Of a stretch of 64,000 nucleotides of DNA, positions 61,596-64,000 are shown piece by piece. The translations under genes and the position numbers were made by a program. Origin of the DNA: Alphaproteobacteria bacterium (GTDB taxonomy: Bacteria; Pseudomonadota; Alphaproteobacteria; MPNO01; UBA830); the NCBI GenBank assembly GCA_964291215.2, contig OZ219791.1:3200001-3264000 (forward strand), read 5' to 3'. Numbering within the stretch: position 1 is the stretch's first letter; each line of letters starts with the position of its first letter. The notes beneath the pieces are model-generated. The model saw nothing but the letters and a program-made list of their open reading frames with translations, ran no database searches and was not told the origin of the DNA.

Positions 61596-62065
61596 ACGGA
61601 TCTGAAACTGAAGTCGGCACCGGAAACGTCGAGATGAATGTACAGCGGATCATGGAGATGATTCCGCATCGCTACCCGTTTCTCATGATTGACCGCGTGG
61701 TGGAGATCATTGCCGGCATTAGCGCCACCTGCATAAAAAATGTGTCGATCAACGAGAATTTCTTCGCCGGCCATTTCCCGAAGGAAGCGGTCATGCCGGG
61801 AGTCCTGATCATCGAGGCCATGGCCCAGACGGCGGCGGTGTTCGTCGTCCACACGCTGGGTCGCGAGGCCGAGGGCAAGGTGGTCTATTTCATGTCGATA
61901 GAGAGCGCGCGTTTTCGGCGTCCGGTCAGGCCTGGTGATCAACTCGTGATAAAGGCCATCAAGCAGCAGAGCCGAAAGAATGTCTGGAAATTCAGTGCCA
62001 AGGCCACCGTTGGCGGGGAACTGGTTGCCGAGGCGAACTATGCCGCGATGATCATGGACAGCTGA
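61592..62065 (+). CDS. fabZ: 3-hydroxyacyl-ACP dehydratase
   Basis: IPHRYPFLMIDRV, GHFP..VMPGVLIIEAMAQ. Confidence 0.98.
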   Translation: MNGSETEVGTGNVEMNVQRIMEMIPHRYPFLMIDRVVEIIAGISATCIKNVSINENFFAGHFPKEAVMPGVLIIEAMAQTAAVFVVHTLGREAEGKVVYFMSIESARFRRPVRPGDQLVIKAIKQQSRKNVWKFSAKATVGGELVAEANYAAMIMDS

Positions 62066-62877
62066 TGGCGAATATTCACGCAACGGCGATCGTCGACCCC
62101 GCGGCCGGCTTGGGCTCCGGCGTCTCGGTCGGTCCGTACTGCGTTGTCGGCCACGATGTCGTTCTGGGCGACGGCTGCACGCTTCTCTCCCATGTGGTTG
62201 TCGACGGGCGGACTGAAATAGGTCCGAATACCCGAATCTATCCTTTCGCTTCGATCGGGCATCCGCCGCAGGACATGAAATACCGGGGCGAGGCCTCACG
62301 CCTGGAGATCGGCGCGAACAACATCATTCGTGAGCATGTGACCATCAACCCGGGAACAGAGGGCGGTGGTATGCTGACCCGGGTTGGAAACAACTGCCTC
62401 CTGATGGTTGCTGTGCATGTAGCCCACGACTGCATCATCGGCAATCATGTGATCATGGCCAACAACGCCACTCTGGCGGGCCACGTCATTGTTGACGACC
62501 ACGCGATACTGGGCGGTCTTGCCGCCGTGCAGCAGTTCTGTCGAATCGGAAAGCACGCCATGGTCGGCGGCATGTCCGGCGTCAAGAGCAGCGTCATTCC
62601 CTACGGTTCGGTCCGGGGCAGGGAGGCTCACCTGAGCGGATTGAACCTGATCGGTCTGAAACGGAGAGGCTTCTCCAAGGATGACGTATCGGCGCTGCGC
62701 CGGGCTTATCGATTGATGTTCGCCAAGGAAGGCACGATGGCCGAACGCCTCGATGACGTCGTTGAGAGCTTCAGGGAACGACAGGCGGTGATGGAGATTG
62801 TCGATTTCATCCGCTCGGATTCGGGAAACGCCATATGCCAGCCCGAAGAGGCTGCAGCCGAAGAGACCACGGTATAG
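62065..62877 (+). CDS. lpxA: UDP-N-acetylglucosamine O-acyltransferase
   Basis: IHATAIVD, PQDMKY, HVAHDC, LAGHV, GLNLIGLKRRGF. Confidence 0.98.
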   Translation: MANIHATAIVDPAAGLGSGVSVGPYCVVGHDVVLGDGCTLLSHVVVDGRTEIGPNTRIYPFASIGHPPQDMKYRGEASRLEIGANNIIREHVTINPGTEGGGMLTRVGNNCLLMVAVHVAHDCIIGNHVIMANNATLAGHVIVDDHAILGGLAAVQQFCRIGKHAMVGGMSGVKSSVIPYGSVRGREAHLSGLNLIGLKRRGFSKDDVSALRRAYRLMFAKEGTMAERLDDVVESFRERQAVMEIVDFIRSDSGNAICQPEEAAAEETTV

Positions 62878-63350
62878 CGGGATCCGGGCCGCCGCCCGAA
62901 ACGATGACACGCGACAGGATCCGGCTTGCGGCTCCGCCGACAATGCAGTGAGCGGCACCGGCGTTTCGAGCGCCGCTTGGCGTTTCCGCTCGGCGGCGCG
63001 ATCAGGGGCGGACGACTGACAGGTACCCGGCCCGAGTTCCGAGGTGCTCGGCGGCTGTCTGACAACAGACCGCGAAAACCTGTTTCGAGGCGGCCAGCTG
63101 GCTCGGCCTGTCCGCCGCTGTCGTCGAGGACGGGCTCTTTCCCGATAGCCGCGCTGGCCCGTTTCCAATCGGTCGGGATTGCTGCAGGCCGTGCCCGGTC
63201 CGGAGCTGTCCCGGCGGCTTGAGACGAGTGTCGCCTGTATCACGGGTTTGCAACCTGATGCGGCGTGACATAGGTATTGTTCGTCAGTGAGGCGAGGGTT
63301 GCCGGTTTTTCCGTGCAGCCCGTTGACGGGCGGACGCCCCGGAAAGGGAC

Positions 63351-64000
63351 ATGGCTTCGAAACTGGGCATTGTCGCGGGCGCCGGCGGGCTGCCGGGCCA
63401 CCTCGTCGAAGCCTGCCGCCGCAGCGGGCGCGACTTTCACGTCTTCGCGTTCGAAGACAGCGCCGACATCGAAGCGCTGGCCGGCGCGCCGACGGAACGG
63501 ATTCGATTCGGAGCGCTCGGCAAGGCGATCGATGCAGCGCGGCGCCTCGGTATCGTGGAAGTGGTTCTTGCCGGCCGGATTCCCCGTCCGCCCCTGACAC
63601 GGCTCCTGCTCGATCCCGTAGCGGCCCGATTCCTGGCCCGTGTCGGCACCCGCGTATTGGGCGACGACCACCTTCTTGCCGCCGTGATTGGGGAGCTAGA
63701 GGAAAAGGAGGGTTTCCGCCTCGTCGGGGCGGATGAGGTCCTCGTCGAACTTCTGGCCGTTTCAGGAAACCACGGTACCCTGGGTCCCGACGAGGACAGC
63801 ACCGCGGATATCCAGCGGGGGGTTCGCGTAGCCCGCGCCCTCGGTGTGCTGGACGTGGGTCAGGCAGTAATCGTCCAGAACGGAACGGTACTCGGGCTTG
63901 AGGCAATGGAAGGCACTGATGCGTTGATCGAGCGCTGCGCCGCGTTCGTCGAGCGCGGCGCGCCGGGCGGCGTGCTGGTGAAGTGTTCCAAGCCCGGCCA
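63351..64000 (+). CDS. lpxI: UDP-2,3-diacylglucosamine diphosphatase LpxI (partial, runs off the window)
   Basis: MASKLGIVAGAGGLPGHL, GDDHLL, LDVGQAVIV, EAMEGTDALI, GVLVKCSKPG; follows lpxA. Confidence 0.93.
   Translation, partial: MASKLGIVAGAGGLPGHLVEACRRSGRDFHVFAFEDSADIEALAGAPTERIRFGALGKAIDAARRLGIVEVVLAGRIPRPPLTRLLLDPVAARFLARVGTRVLGDDHLLAAVIGELEEKEGFRLVGADEVLVELLAVSGNHGTLGPDEDSTADIQRGVRVARALGVLDVGQAVIVQNGTVLGLEAMEGTDALIERCAAFVERGAPGGVLVKCSKPG

Noticed and set aside
1-64000. tRNA, rRNA, cas, reverse transcriptase or phage structural genes
   Set aside because: None recognised by eye; small RNAs could have been missed without covariance-model searches.

Overview
GC-rich alphaproteobacterial chromosome segment (taxon inferred from the rpsB-tsf-pyrH-frr-uppS-cdsA-dxr-rseP-bamA-skp-lpxD-fabZ-lpxA-lpxI gene order) in three blocks. 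(1) About 0.3-37.4 kb is a defence and mobile-element island: HigBA toxin-antitoxin, a Type ISP restriction-modification enzyme, a GHKL-ATPase/nuclease plus C5 methyltransferase pair, an orphan two-repeat CRISPR mini-array (36-bp repeats, 30-bp spacer), an RTX protein, a decayed Type I RM locus with an MNT-HsdS fusion, a large stand-alone Sir2 protein, a coupled pair of tyrosine recombinases, an MmeI-like enzyme with a small AT-rich membrane ORF, and many IS elements (IS256, IS1634, IS630, IS5, IS66, ISKra4-like, IS30, IS4), including a three-level nested insertion. (2) About 37.6-49.5 kb is a catabolic cluster: thiolase, HxlR regulator, TRAP transporter, CoA transferase, CoA ligase, nitronate monooxygenase family, carotenoid-oxygenase family and a hydrolase. 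(3) About 50-64 kb is the conserved translation/envelope operon. The most unusual signals are dense ~6-nt microdeletions in most mobile elements (seen directly by comparing two IS256 copies, and absent from the single-copy hsdS pseudogene and core genes) and the cas-less CRISPR mini-array. All family calls come from motif recognition by eye; no database searches were run.
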